Shown piece after piece: positions 55,171 through 64,000 of a stretch of 64,000 nt of DNA (its first letter is position 1; each line of letters begins with the position of its first letter). Below the pieces are notes generated by a model that saw only the letters and a program-made list of their open reading frames with translations, searched no databases and was not told the DNA's origin. The stretch spans positions 124,001-188,000 of IMG/VR virus record IMGVR_UViG_3300017991_000001. One strand, written 5' to 3'. A program made the position numbers and the translations under genes.

Positions 55171-55937
55171 TGATGAACCCGCGCGCGTACCTCTTGAAGA
55201 GGGCCAAGGACCTGGACGCGGATCTGTCCACGGCGGGCCAGCTCATGACCGGAAACGTGCTGGGTGGCATAGGGGGAGGCTTGGCTGCCGCCGGTTCAAC
55301 AGGTCTCCTGGCAAAGGTGCTCATGCCGGGGCTGGGCAGCCTGGCCGGGCCCGTTTCTTCATCGGAGCGCAAGCAGCTTCAAAAGGCCATGGGCGTCAAG
55401 AAGGTGCCCGTGAAGACGCTCAACCCTTTCAAGATGCCCGTGGAAGGGGAGCACTTCGACCCACAAGCAGGCAAGCGTGGAAAGGTGGTGATCTCCAAAC
55501 GTTCGCCGGATTACATCCTGGCGCACGAGCTGGGCCACGCGCAGGACCCCGCCTGGACCAGCCCGAGGATGATGAGGGTTTACGACATCGCAAGGGATGT
55601 AGGAATTCCATTGGGCAGTCTGGCCGGTTCCATCTGGGCCGCGCACGGCGCGGACCCGGAGGATAGCGTAGCCCGCACGGCAGTCGAGAGCGCGTTGAAA
55701 GGTGCCGCAGGTGGAACGGTCGGGTTCTCGCCCGTACTCGCCAGAGAGACGGTGGCATCCTTGCGGGGTTTCCAGGGGATGTACAACGCGGGCATGCCTT
55801 GGCATAGGATACTCCGGTCAGCGCCCGGTTTGGCAGTGGGCATCCTCACATACATAGCCACGGGGGCGCTACCCGCTGCCGGCGCGGCAGTGGGTACGGG
55901 CCTTGCCGCCAGAGAGCTGAAGAAAGAGGAAGACTAG
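55167..55937 (+). CDS. Paralogous membrane zincin-like metallopeptidase with AYLLKRA leader
   Basis: MNPRAYLLKRA (likely start 55173); ILAHELGH, VLARETVAS; clear similarity to 53739..54548. Confidence 0.7.
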   Translation: MMMNPRAYLLKRAKDLDADLSTAGQLMTGNVLGGIGGGLAAAGSTGLLAKVLMPGLGSLAGPVSSSERKQLQKAMGVKKVPVKTLNPFKMPVEGEHFDPQAGKRGKVVISKRSPDYILAHELGHAQDPAWTSPRMMRVYDIARDVGIPLGSLAGSIWAAHGADPEDSVARTAVESALKGAAGGTVGFSPVLARETVASLRGFQGMYNAGMPWHRILRSAPGLAVGILTYIATGALPAAGAAVGTGLAARELKKEED

Positions 55938-57562
55938 TGTCTGAGCTGCCGGGATACCCGGAGAACGACCTCAACAACGGACGTGACCTGCTGGTCATGC
56001 TGGGCAGCTTCTGGTCCGAGCTGTTCGGTGACCGGGACATCCTGCAAACCCACCTGCAATCCTCCGCCCACGAGCAGGCCCAGACGCACCTGAACTATCT
56101 CGAGGCCGTGGCCAACGTTTCCCGCTTCACCATCCCGGTCTTCCACCGCGAGGACTGGCACCTGCTGACCTTCAAGCAGAGCGAGGCCAACGCGACGGCG
56201 AGCACGTACCGGGAAGGCGACCTGGTCTACGGGGAGCAGCCCGGCACGGTGGCGGGACGCGACGCCGGCTTCGTGCAGACCTACGGCGGCACGGACCGCC
56301 CGGACCAGACGCGGGTGGTGCTGCCCGAGACCCTGGTCGACGCGCCCGTGACCCTCCAGAACCTGGTCATCGACCCCAGCCGCGTGTTGCTCAAGGACCT
56401 GGACTACGACATCGAGGAGCGCTACGGGAGCCGCGTGATGCGCTTCCGCGCCGACCCCTTCACGGACGACCTGATCCCGCGGCGCGACGTGGTGGATGAC
56501 GACGGCAACGTGGTGGACGTGGAGATCGCCCTGTGGATCTACGTCGGCGAGTTCGACCTGGAGTACGTCTACACCCAGTTCGGGTACGCCATCGGTCTGC
56601 AGCTGCCGTCCACCGAGTTCTACAAGCAGCTCCTCAACGCCATCTGGGACTCGCACGTGCTGGGCTTCTCAAGGGCCGGTATGGAGAGCTTCCTGTCCGC
56701 CGTGTCGGGCGCGCCGATCATACTGGGCGCGCGGGAGACGGTGGAGGTGATCCGCGACGAGGGTGACTCGACCCTGGTCGTGACCGATGCCAACGTTTAT
56801 CGCGTGCCGGCTGGTGGCAACGTACTGTTGTCGGTGGGAACCACCTACCTGGCCGGTACGACGGTATCGGACATCTTCCAGATCAGGGAGCTGTCGGGTC
56901 ACAGCCCGAGCTACGACCTGCTACCGGCCATGGCGTTCAGCAAGAGCCTGCTCAGCGGGCAGTTCATCTCCGAGCTGTTCATGGAGGACAAGCTCGCCGA
57001 GCTGTCGTACGAGGGGCTCGACGAGGACGGCAAGGCCATCGTGACCTTCGAGGTGTCCGGCTTCCCCAGCGACGTGGAAGCGTTCTGGGATGCGGTGCAC
57101 GAGCGCGGCAAGGCGGATGGGCAGACGCTGGCCAACCTGCTAGACACGCGGGAGAATCCGGTGGGCGAGCCCGGCGAGAGTGACCTGCCGTCCACGGTGA
57201 ACCCGCTGGAGTTCATGCTGGATAACCTGTTGAAGAACAACCTCTTCCTGCTGCGCGTGAAGCCCGGGGCGTTCGATCCCGACGCTCCCGGCTTGAGCCT
57301 GTTCAGCCGGCTGCGCGAGATCATGCCGCCGCACACGACGTATATCGTGTTCATTGAGGTGACACCTGACGCGGAGAGCGTTGACTTATCTCAGGCTGGC
57401 GGAGAAGATGAACCTGGTGCGGAGGTTAGCGCCGGTATGTTCCACGGGTCAGGGCTGCTGCTGGACGAGCTGTACGAGGGTACATCGGCTCCCGCAGGCG
57501 ACGTGTTGACATACGATGAGGCGGTCGTGGCCGCGCGCCACGTTTCGTTCACCTGTCAATGA
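55937..57562 (+). CDS. Baseplate wedge-like protein
   Basis: Follows baseplate J once the inserted genes are skipped; LGSFW...YTQFGYAIG...MPPHT pattern. Confidence 0.55.
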   Translation: MSELPGYPENDLNNGRDLLVMLGSFWSELFGDRDILQTHLQSSAHEQAQTHLNYLEAVANVSRFTIPVFHREDWHLLTFKQSEANATASTYREGDLVYGEQPGTVAGRDAGFVQTYGGTDRPDQTRVVLPETLVDAPVTLQNLVIDPSRVLLKDLDYDIEERYGSRVMRFRADPFTDDLIPRRDVVDDDGNVVDVEIALWIYVGEFDLEYVYTQFGYAIGLQLPSTEFYKQLLNAIWDSHVLGFSRAGMESFLSAVSGAPIILGARETVEVIRDEGDSTLVVTDANVYRVPAGGNVLLSVGTTYLAGTTVSDIFQIRELSGHSPSYDLLPAMAFSKSLLSGQFISELFMEDKLAELSYEGLDEDGKAIVTFEVSGFPSDVEAFWDAVHERGKADGQTLANLLDTRENPVGEPGESDLPSTVNPLEFMLDNLLKNNLFLLRVKPGAFDPDAPGLSLFSRLREIMPPHTTYIVFIEVTPDAESVDLSQAGGEDEPGAEVSAGMFHGSGLLLDELYEGTSAPAGDVLTYDEAVVAARHVSFTCQ

Positions 57563-57569
57563 GGTGGCC

Positions 57570-57938
57570 ATGAATCATCGGGCTTTCCTGCTTAAAGAGG
57601 CTGTGCAGAAGCGGTCCTACAGTCTGCTTCTGGGCCCTGTCGGCGGTGGTGCCGTGGGGGGCACCATGGCCGCACGGAACATCGATCCCGAGCACAAGGA
57701 ACGCATCAAGAAGATCCTGTACGGCGTGATGTACGGCACCGGCGGCGGCCTGATAGGAGGGGTGGGCGGACAGCTGGCCGGCGGCGCGGTGGGCGGTTTC
57801 GGTGGCAAGCACATCGGCAGGTTGGGGGGTATGGGGAGAGTCGGCGGAGCGGCCGGCATGACCCTCGGGGCGCTGCTGGGGGCCTTCGGAGGCATGGCTG
57901 CGGGCGGGCGCCTGGGCGGCATTAAAGCATCGGAATAG
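57570..57938 (+). CDS. Gly-zipper protein with AFLLKEA leader
   Basis: RBS GAGGT; MNHRAFLLKEA; repeated GxxxG helices. Confidence 0.65.
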   Translation: MNHRAFLLKEAVQKRSYSLLLGPVGGGAVGGTMAARNIDPEHKERIKKILYGVMYGTGGGLIGGVGGQLAGGAVGGFGGKHIGRLGGMGRVGGAAGMTLGALLGAFGGMAAGGRLGGIKASE

Positions 57939-57942
57939 CGTC

Positions 57943-58548
57943 ATGAATGATCTGAAAAAGATGATGGAGACGTACGAGCCGGGGCGGAAGATGTGGGGCG
58001 ACATCAGGATCTTCCTGTTCGACCCCGTCACGAAACGGATCAAGCGCCTGATCCGCAGGCGCAACCTGATCCTGTACAGCGGCGCGGACGTCCTGGCGCT
58101 GATGGCTTCGGGCGCGCCCGGCTTCCACGTCGCCACGATGTACATGGAGTACGAGAACCTGGCCGACCCCGGCGACACGCCGTCGATCCCGTCGTACGAC
58201 CGCACGGGCGGCATCGCCTACTACAACGGCCTGTCCGCCTCCCCGAACAAGGACTTCCTGCGCATTCCGATCACGGTGTCCCCGAGCCTGTCCTCGTCCG
58301 ACGATGCCATCTACGACGGCAACGTGGTGACCTTCTTCGCCGTCTCGGAAGGCTTGGCAGGCTTCCACGGCAAACCGTTCGGGCCCTCATCGAACTCGGC
58401 GGTATACGGTGCGGGCCTGGTGGCCTCGCCCGACCCCAGCGATCAGACGCAGGACCGGGTGTTCGCCCGGACGTACACGGGCATCGGCAAGATCCTGAAG
58501 GAAACGGGTTTCGAGATCGGAATCACGTGGCAGTTGCGTTTCAATTGA
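57943..58548 (+). CDS. Baseplate/fibre-attachment-like protein
   Basis: RNLILYSGADVLA...GLVA...VFAR...GITWQLRF pattern typical of myophage baseplate-fibre junction genes. Confidence 0.55.
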   Translation: MNDLKKMMETYEPGRKMWGDIRIFLFDPVTKRIKRLIRRRNLILYSGADVLALMASGAPGFHVATMYMEYENLADPGDTPSIPSYDRTGGIAYYNGLSASPNKDFLRIPITVSPSLSSSDDAIYDGNVVTFFAVSEGLAGFHGKPFGPSSNSAVYGAGLVASPDPSDQTQDRVFARTYTGIGKILKETGFEIGITWQLRFN

Positions 58549-58558
58549 GGTGGCGCCC

Positions 58559-60430
58559 ATGGCATCCCCCGTCACACCCTGGATAAGCCGGGTCAATCCC
58601 ATCCGCGATGGGGAAGAGGTACGCCAGCAGGTCGCGAACCGGTACCCGCACGAGCTGAAGGATCGCACCCAGCACCTCAAGGACCTGCTGGACGCGATGA
58701 GTGCCGGACAGGCGCTGTTCCTGCGCGACGTGGCGCTCGACAGCGCCGTCGAGGTGGGGCACTACGTCTACTGGGACGCCTCCGCGCTGGAGTACAAGCG
58801 GGCCGTGGCGGCCCTGGTCTACGACGCTTCGGTGGGCGGTCTGGTCGTGGCGGACTCCAGCTACGCGGTCGGCATCGTGGTCTACAAGGCCGGCGCCACG
58901 CGCGGCGACATCCTGCAGACGGGCTTCCTCAACGGCGACTTCGACTTCACCAACACGATCGGCTCGGCGGGCGACACGGCGGCGGAGGCGGGCGCCTACT
59001 ACCTGTCCGGGACCACGCCGGGCATGGCGGTCAAACAGAAGCCGCCCGTCGGCATCTACCTCATGTTCCTGCGCGGCGACGGCGGCGCGCACGTGGCCCC
59101 GGCCCCCAGAGAGGTGCTGGAGGATCACATCCACTACGTGATGGATCTACACGCCCAACCGGCCGGCACGCTGGAATGCACCGAACCACACAACGAATAC
59201 GAATTCCTTACCGTTGACGACACGATGCCAGGCTGGCTGCCGGCCGACCATTCATCGTTCAACGGCGCGGCCCCCTCGGGTGCCGTGCTGGGCTACAACC
59301 TGGCCATGCACACGGAGCTGGAGCGCGTGTGGCCCCCGTTCCCCATGGACAGCGTCTTCGTGGAGCGCGACGGCGTGGGCGAGCACCCCAACCGCTACAT
59401 CGTCGACGCCACGACGCTGTGGTGGACGGAGAAGTGCTACGGCAAGGCCCCGTGGTCGCCGGAGATCCTGGACTGCGGTTCGCCCGCCTCGTCATCGTCA
59501 TCGTCTTCCTCGAGCAGCAGCAGCAGCGAGGCCGGACCCGTGGCGCGCGAGTGTGAGAGCGGCGGCGTGCTTGAGCAGATGGGCTTCGTCAAGGGCGACC
59601 CCTTCGAGCGGCGCTTGCGCCTGTACTTCACCAAGATGCTGGCGAAGACCTCCAACACGGTGGTGACCAGCCTGAGGGCGGCCGAGGGCAGCCCGATCAC
59701 CGTGCAGGGCTGTGACGGGGAGGAAGCCGGCACCGGGGACCTGGAAGTCGACATCGACCTGGCGCTGGGCCTGACCGAAGGGGAGGGCGGCTACCAGGCG
59801 ATCAAGGACATCGACGGGCTGACGTTCAAGCGCGGCCCCGTCATCGAGGCGATCAAGGCCGGCACCAACGTTGAAATCAACGCGGTGTCGGGCGAGAGCG
59901 CCATGGACACGAACGGGTACGTGTACGGCAAGGCCGTGATCAACGCCGTACTGCCCGGTTCCGACCAGCAGGAAGGCAGCATCGTGCTGGTCTCGCTGGA
60001 CAAGGCGCGCGAGGACGTGGTCGATGACATCTTCGTGCTGTCGCTGCCGGCCGGGATCAACTCCTCCTTCCGCGGCAAGATCGACGTGCCCCGCGACGGG
60101 ATCGTGGCCAACCCGCAGATGGAGCTGTGGTTCTGGCTGCTGGCCAACTCGGCCGGCGAGCTGCCCGAGCTGCCGCTTTCGTACCGCCGCCTGCCCCGCC
60201 CGGACGGGTGTACGTCCCTGGCGTGGCCGGAGGCCGACACGGCGCTGGCGAACCTGAACCCGGGCTGCGGCACCCTGACCGCCAAGCGCTACGTGGAGGT
60301 GACCGGCGCGGCCTTCTCCATCGCCGAGGGCGACCAGGTGAACTTCGAGTTGGGACGGCTCTCTACGGACACGTACGCGGGCAAGGTGAGCATCGCCCGC
60401 ATGGGCTTTCGGATAACAGCAGGCAGCTAG
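58559..60430 (+). CDS. Tail fibre/baseplate structural protein with poly-Ser tract
   Basis: ATG 58559 after GAGGT; VNPIRDGEEV...ANRYP..L..RTQHL fibre N-terminal motif. Confidence 0.6.
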   Translation: MASPVTPWISRVNPIRDGEEVRQQVANRYPHELKDRTQHLKDLLDAMSAGQALFLRDVALDSAVEVGHYVYWDASALEYKRAVAALVYDASVGGLVVADSSYAVGIVVYKAGATRGDILQTGFLNGDFDFTNTIGSAGDTAAEAGAYYLSGTTPGMAVKQKPPVGIYLMFLRGDGGAHVAPAPREVLEDHIHYVMDLHAQPAGTLECTEPHNEYEFLTVDDTMPGWLPADHSSFNGAAPSGAVLGYNLAMHTELERVWPPFPMDSVFVERDGVGEHPNRYIVDATTLWWTEKCYGKAPWSPEILDCGSPASSSSSSSSSSSSSEAGPVARECESGGVLEQMGFVKGDPFERRLRLYFTKMLAKTSNTVVTSLRAAEGSPITVQGCDGEEAGTGDLEVDIDLALGLTEGEGGYQAIKDIDGLTFKRGPVIEAIKAGTNVEINAVSGESAMDTNGYVYGKAVINAVLPGSDQQEGSIVLVSLDKAREDVVDDIFVLSLPAGINSSFRGKIDVPRDGIVANPQMELWFWLLANSAGELPELPLSYRRLPRPDGCTSLAWPEADTALANLNPGCGTLTAKRYVEVTGAAFSIAEGDQVNFELGRLSTDTYAGKVSIARMGFRITAGS

Positions 60431-60439
60431 GGATGAGAC

Positions 60440-61369
60440 ATGCCTCCAGTAGGCCCGGTTTGGAACGCGGACTGGCTGAACGCGAACAGCCAGCGGCACT
60501 ACCCGATCTCGGAGAGTGCCACCCTTAAGGACTTGACGGGCAGCTTCGAGTTGCCCAAGGACTTCCTTGTCGACCTGCTTCTGCCCGTACATTCCGATGC
60601 CGGCATCGATCCGACCCTCTTTCACGTGCACAGCGTCGGCATCTTCGGTACCGGCATCTCGCTGACGCTGGGCTACAACGGCACGGCAATCGGCAGCATC
60701 TCTACAGATTCATCGACGTTCACCGGCAACCAGAGCTTCATCTTCGAGGGGACGGGCGCCTTCTTCGACACGGTCGGGAAGGTGATCCTGGGTTCCCTGG
60801 ACAACATCCTGAACTTTGCCGGCTCCTATGAGTTCGACGTCGCGGGGGCCCGTCTCGAACCACATGCCATCGTCCCGGACCTTCGCGGCGTATCTGCTCT
60901 GTACCTCAAGAACGGGGACGACACGATTGGTCCCCTGACCGGCGACATCGTCTTCCAGGCCGGCCGCAACTTCCTCATGAACTACGTGAACGGCCCGGCG
61001 GGAGAGCCGGACCGGCTCCTGATGAACGCCATCTCGGGTGAGGGGCTGACCGAGGACTGTGACTGCGGGGAGGCCGCGTCGCGCCCCTGCATCGAGACCA
61101 TCAACGGGATCAGCCCGGACGAGGACGGCGACTACACGCTTCTGGGTGACGAGTGTCTGGAGCTGGAAGCCATCGCCAACGGGCTCCAGCTAACGGACAA
61201 GTGTGCCAATCCCTGCTGCGGATGTCCTGAACTGGAGGTGGTGGAGACCCACATGCAGTCCCTGACGGAAGCCATCTACCGGCTCGAGCAGCAGGCGTCG
61301 AAGCTGGAAACGGCGATCATCACCATGGAGAACGTGATCCTTGCCTCCAAAACGGAACTTCAGGAATGA
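60440..61369 (+). CDS. Cys-rich structural protein, paralog 1
   Basis: WLNANSQRHYP; CIETINGISPDEDG; C-terminal coiled coil. Confidence 0.6.
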   Translation: MPPVGPVWNADWLNANSQRHYPISESATLKDLTGSFELPKDFLVDLLLPVHSDAGIDPTLFHVHSVGIFGTGISLTLGYNGTAIGSISTDSSTFTGNQSFIFEGTGAFFDTVGKVILGSLDNILNFAGSYEFDVAGARLEPHAIVPDLRGVSALYLKNGDDTIGPLTGDIVFQAGRNFLMNYVNGPAGEPDRLLMNAISGEGLTEDCDCGEAASRPCIETINGISPDEDGDYTLLGDECLELEAIANGLQLTDKCANPCCGCPELEVVETHMQSLTEAIYRLEQQASKLETAIITMENVILASKTELQE

Positions 61370-62790
61370 CGCAGCCCGTCTTCGAGTTCTACAGTGCCAA
61401 CGAGTTCCGCGAGTACCCCTTCGACACGCGGCGTGATGACGGTCTGCACGAGCTTTTCGTGGACGCTTACGTGATGCATACGGCGCACCGGGATAACGCC
61501 GGACGCCTGCGCATGGTGAGTTTCAATACGACCGGGGACCTGGAGCTGCGCTTCGAGGACGGCACGTTGCTGGGCACTCTCACAAGTGCAGACGGGTTTA
61601 TTTCCAGCTCTTTTGGCCGCTATACCTTGTACGAATGGCGAAAATCAGTTACGTATGGGGCCGGGTTCACGTCAGAGGATCTTATCGCCCGCCTAGTGAC
61701 AGTCACCGAGAAGTTGAGCAGCTTCTCTTTTCCAATCTCACCGTCAGACGCCTACCTCCTCGCCTCCAGGGTGAACCCACGTCCGTTGAACGTGATCTCC
61801 ACGGCTTTGGCGTTCCCAGGTTTGGCTTGTTGTCTGGGCGGCCCCAATCGCAATGCTTTGCAGATGGAATCAGGCTATAACCTTGAGCTTTCCACGCAAG
61901 CACCAGAAAGCGAAGTCGGCCTGGCCCTGGCCGAGACGCCGGAAGTGAGGGCACCGGAAGAAGTGTCCGTGTCGGCGTTGGCTGGCGCGGGCGCGGGCAC
62001 CTTCCCCTTGTGCGAGGACCCCTCCGAGTTCGTGCGCTCGCTCAACGGTGTCCAGCCCAACGACGAGAAGGACTTCCGCCTCGGACTGGTGGACTGCACC
62101 TGGGAGGAGACGCGGCTGGTGGGCGGCACCTCCTCGCCGGTCAATCCCAACACCGATTACCTGGGCTCGATCATCGATGCCACGGAGAAGATCATCCTGC
62201 AGCTGCACCAGGCCTGTCGGGCCTGCTGCGACTGCCCGGACTACGGCCGCGCCTACGACATCATCTATACGACCTGGTCGCGCGCGAAGACCGTGAACAA
62301 CCGTCTCATCGAGGTGCTTGGAGACTACGAGCGCATCCTGAACGAGTACAAGGAGATCAAGGCGGACCGCGAGACCGACCTGCAGGTGAAACTGCGCCTC
62401 ATCGCGACGCCCGACTACCAGGTGGCCATCGCCGTGCAGATCGGGAACAACTCCCACACGGACCTGAACCCGATGACGCTGACGGTCGACGCGAACAACG
62501 TTGCGTCGCCGACCATCTATCCCGTGTACACCGAGGGTAGCGGCTTCGTGGAGATGGAAGGTACCCACAACGCACAGAGAGACCCAGCCGGAACGCCGGG
62601 CGGTCCCTTCACGCTCGAGATGCCGGCGCTGGCGCCCGGCAAGTACGCCATCTTTCGGATGGCGGTGCGGTACACCGGCAACCTGCGCTACCAGAAGTAC
62701 TCGGAGGTTTCGGCAAGGGTGGTGAACGACGAGTTTGACGAGCTGGCGGAGCGGCGCATCCTGCTTCGTGGGCCCCTGGTGAAAGAATAA
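61366..62790 (+). CDS. Cys-rich structural protein, paralog 2
   Basis: FYSANEFREYP; VRSLNGVQPNDEK; CRACCDCPDY. Confidence 0.6.
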   Translation: MTQPVFEFYSANEFREYPFDTRRDDGLHELFVDAYVMHTAHRDNAGRLRMVSFNTTGDLELRFEDGTLLGTLTSADGFISSSFGRYTLYEWRKSVTYGAGFTSEDLIARLVTVTEKLSSFSFPISPSDAYLLASRVNPRPLNVISTALAFPGLACCLGGPNRNALQMESGYNLELSTQAPESEVGLALAETPEVRAPEEVSVSALAGAGAGTFPLCEDPSEFVRSLNGVQPNDEKDFRLGLVDCTWEETRLVGGTSSPVNPNTDYLGSIIDATEKIILQLHQACRACCDCPDYGRAYDIIYTTWSRAKTVNNRLIEVLGDYERILNEYKEIKADRETDLQVKLRLIATPDYQVAIAVQIGNNSHTDLNPMTLTVDANNVASPTIYPVYTEGSGFVEMEGTHNAQRDPAGTPGGPFTLEMPALAPGKYAIFRMAVRYTGNLRYQKYSEVSARVVNDEFDELAERRILLRGPLVKE

Positions 62791-64000
62791 TGCTTGTCTT
62801 TTCGGAATGGCTGAACGCGAATGAGGTCCGCCGCTACCCCCTCCATGACAGTGCGAGCGGGGAGCTGCAGGACAATATCCTCGTGGACGCCCGGCTTTGG
62901 GTGCCCAAGAGCGCGGGGCGCGTGGTCTACGTCTCTTCCGTGGGCATCACCAGCGGGCTGGTCACCCTGACCTTCCTGGCCGCGGCGGACTCCCCTTTCC
63001 TGGACGGCACCGGCACGCCGGTCTCCTTCACGCCGCTGGCGGTCGTGCGCGCCTCGCGGCCCGTGACCAGGTTCGTGAACATGGCCGTCGAGGCGCTCTA
63101 CCCCGGCGTGGGTGGGTGGATCGCGCTCGGGGAAGGCGCCGTCGAGATCGAGAGCCTGAACGCCCGCTTTACCGGCCCGGCCGAGACCCAGCTCAACGAG
63201 CGCTGCGTGAACGTCTACGACGACGCGGCCGTGTCCAGCGTGGGCAAGGAAAACGTTGCCGAGGGGCTGACGGGCCTGATCACGCTCCGCGGCGAAGCCG
63301 GTGTGCTGAAGACGTTCAAGGCCACCCGTACGGTCGAAGGGGTGGACCGCGAGGTAGCCGTAGTGGCCATGGACCTGGGCGACAACAAGGTGTCCAGGCT
63401 GCAGGACTTCTCCGGCGTGTGTGGCGGCCGGCCGCAAGCCAACACCTGCAGGAAGCGCGTGGTCGAGCGGATCAACACGGTCACCCCGGACGACGACGGC
63501 AACATCGACCTGGTCTTCGAGGGGGACATGACGGTCGGGGACGTGCAGCGGGGGCTCATCGTGGACTTCCCCGTGGGACTGGACGACGTGTGCCCCGAGT
63601 CGATCTCCAACGAGATCCCGTTCCCCGTACCGGGCGGCCCGCCGAGCCCGACGCCGCCCGAGCCGCCGCCGGAACCGTCCGGGTCTTCGGGCCAGTCCGA
63701 CTCATCCGAGGGGCTTCCTTCGGGCTATTGCGAGGACTTCGAGGACGGCGTGGCCGAGGAGCTGGACAACTTCGTGGGCAGCTTCACAATCGAGGACGTA
63801 CCCGGGCGCACCAAGCGTTACGTCAGCGCCGCCGATGACACCGGTCAGCAGCTTGCCACCAACTACCTGCGGCAGTTCAACACGGAAGAGGGTGAGACTT
63901 ATACGGTCGTAAGCATCATTCGTCCGCGCAGCGTGGATGGCAAGAGTTTCCTGATCGCGGGCTTCAAGAACGACAACCTGTTCACGTTCGCTGGCATTAC
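62790..64000 (+). CDS. Cys-rich structural protein, paralog 3 (3'-truncated by the window)
   Basis: TAATG coupling; MLVFSEWLNANEVRRYP; VERINTVTPDDDG; no stop seen before the window end, so absent from the ORF track. Confidence 0.65.
   Translation, partial: MLVFSEWLNANEVRRYPLHDSASGELQDNILVDARLWVPKSAGRVVYVSSVGITSGLVTLTFLAAADSPFLDGTGTPVSFTPLAVVRASRPVTRFVNMAVEALYPGVGGWIALGEGAVEIESLNARFTGPAETQLNERCVNVYDDAAVSSVGKENVAEGLTGLITLRGEAGVLKTFKATRTVEGVDREVAVVAMDLGDNKVSRLQDFSGVCGGRPQANTCRKRVVERINTVTPDDDGNIDLVFEGDMTVGDVQRGLIVDFPVGLDDVCPESISNEIPFPVPGGPPSPTPPEPPPEPSGSSGQSDSSEGLPSGYCEDFEDGVAEELDNFVGSFTIEDVPGRTKRYVSAADDTGQQLATNYLRQFNTEEGETYTVVSIIRPRSVDGKSFLIAGFKNDNLFTFAGI

Noticed and set aside
1-64000. tRNA, rRNA or other structured RNA genes
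   Set aside because: Intergenic gaps are mostly under 100 nt and I saw no cloverleaf or T-loop signature; tRNAscan-SE or Infernal would be decisive

Overview
A 64-kb, high-GC segment of a large myovirus-like (contractile-tailed) bacteriophage genome. Every credible gene is on the + strand; the long minus-strand ORFs look like high-GC antisense shadows. Order: tail-fibre genes, a Cys-cluster protein and a sulfotransferase; small putative virion proteins; a phage multi-subunit RNA polymerase (beta fused to the N-half of beta', with the beta' C-half 3.7 kb downstream); head module (prohead protease, scaffold, decoration protein, HK97-type major capsid protein); neck, sheath, tube, spike, chaperones; a sigma70-family factor; baseplate and fibre genes running off the end. 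The main unexplained signal is a peptide code. K-x-A motifs are abundant in head-region proteins, and eight unrelated genes inserted between core genes share an N-terminal leader, M-x(2-5)-[AG]-[YF]-L-[ILF]-K-[QER]-A. The RNAP beta subunit carries a ~440-aa insertion of three enzyme domains (SET, HAD, 2H phosphoesterase), each bounded by K-x-A motifs, plus a LAGLIDADG intein. My inference is a capsid-packaged, protease-matured cargo system in which the virion RNAP is a polyprotein carrying effector enzymes. All family calls are from motif recognition by eye; no searches were run.
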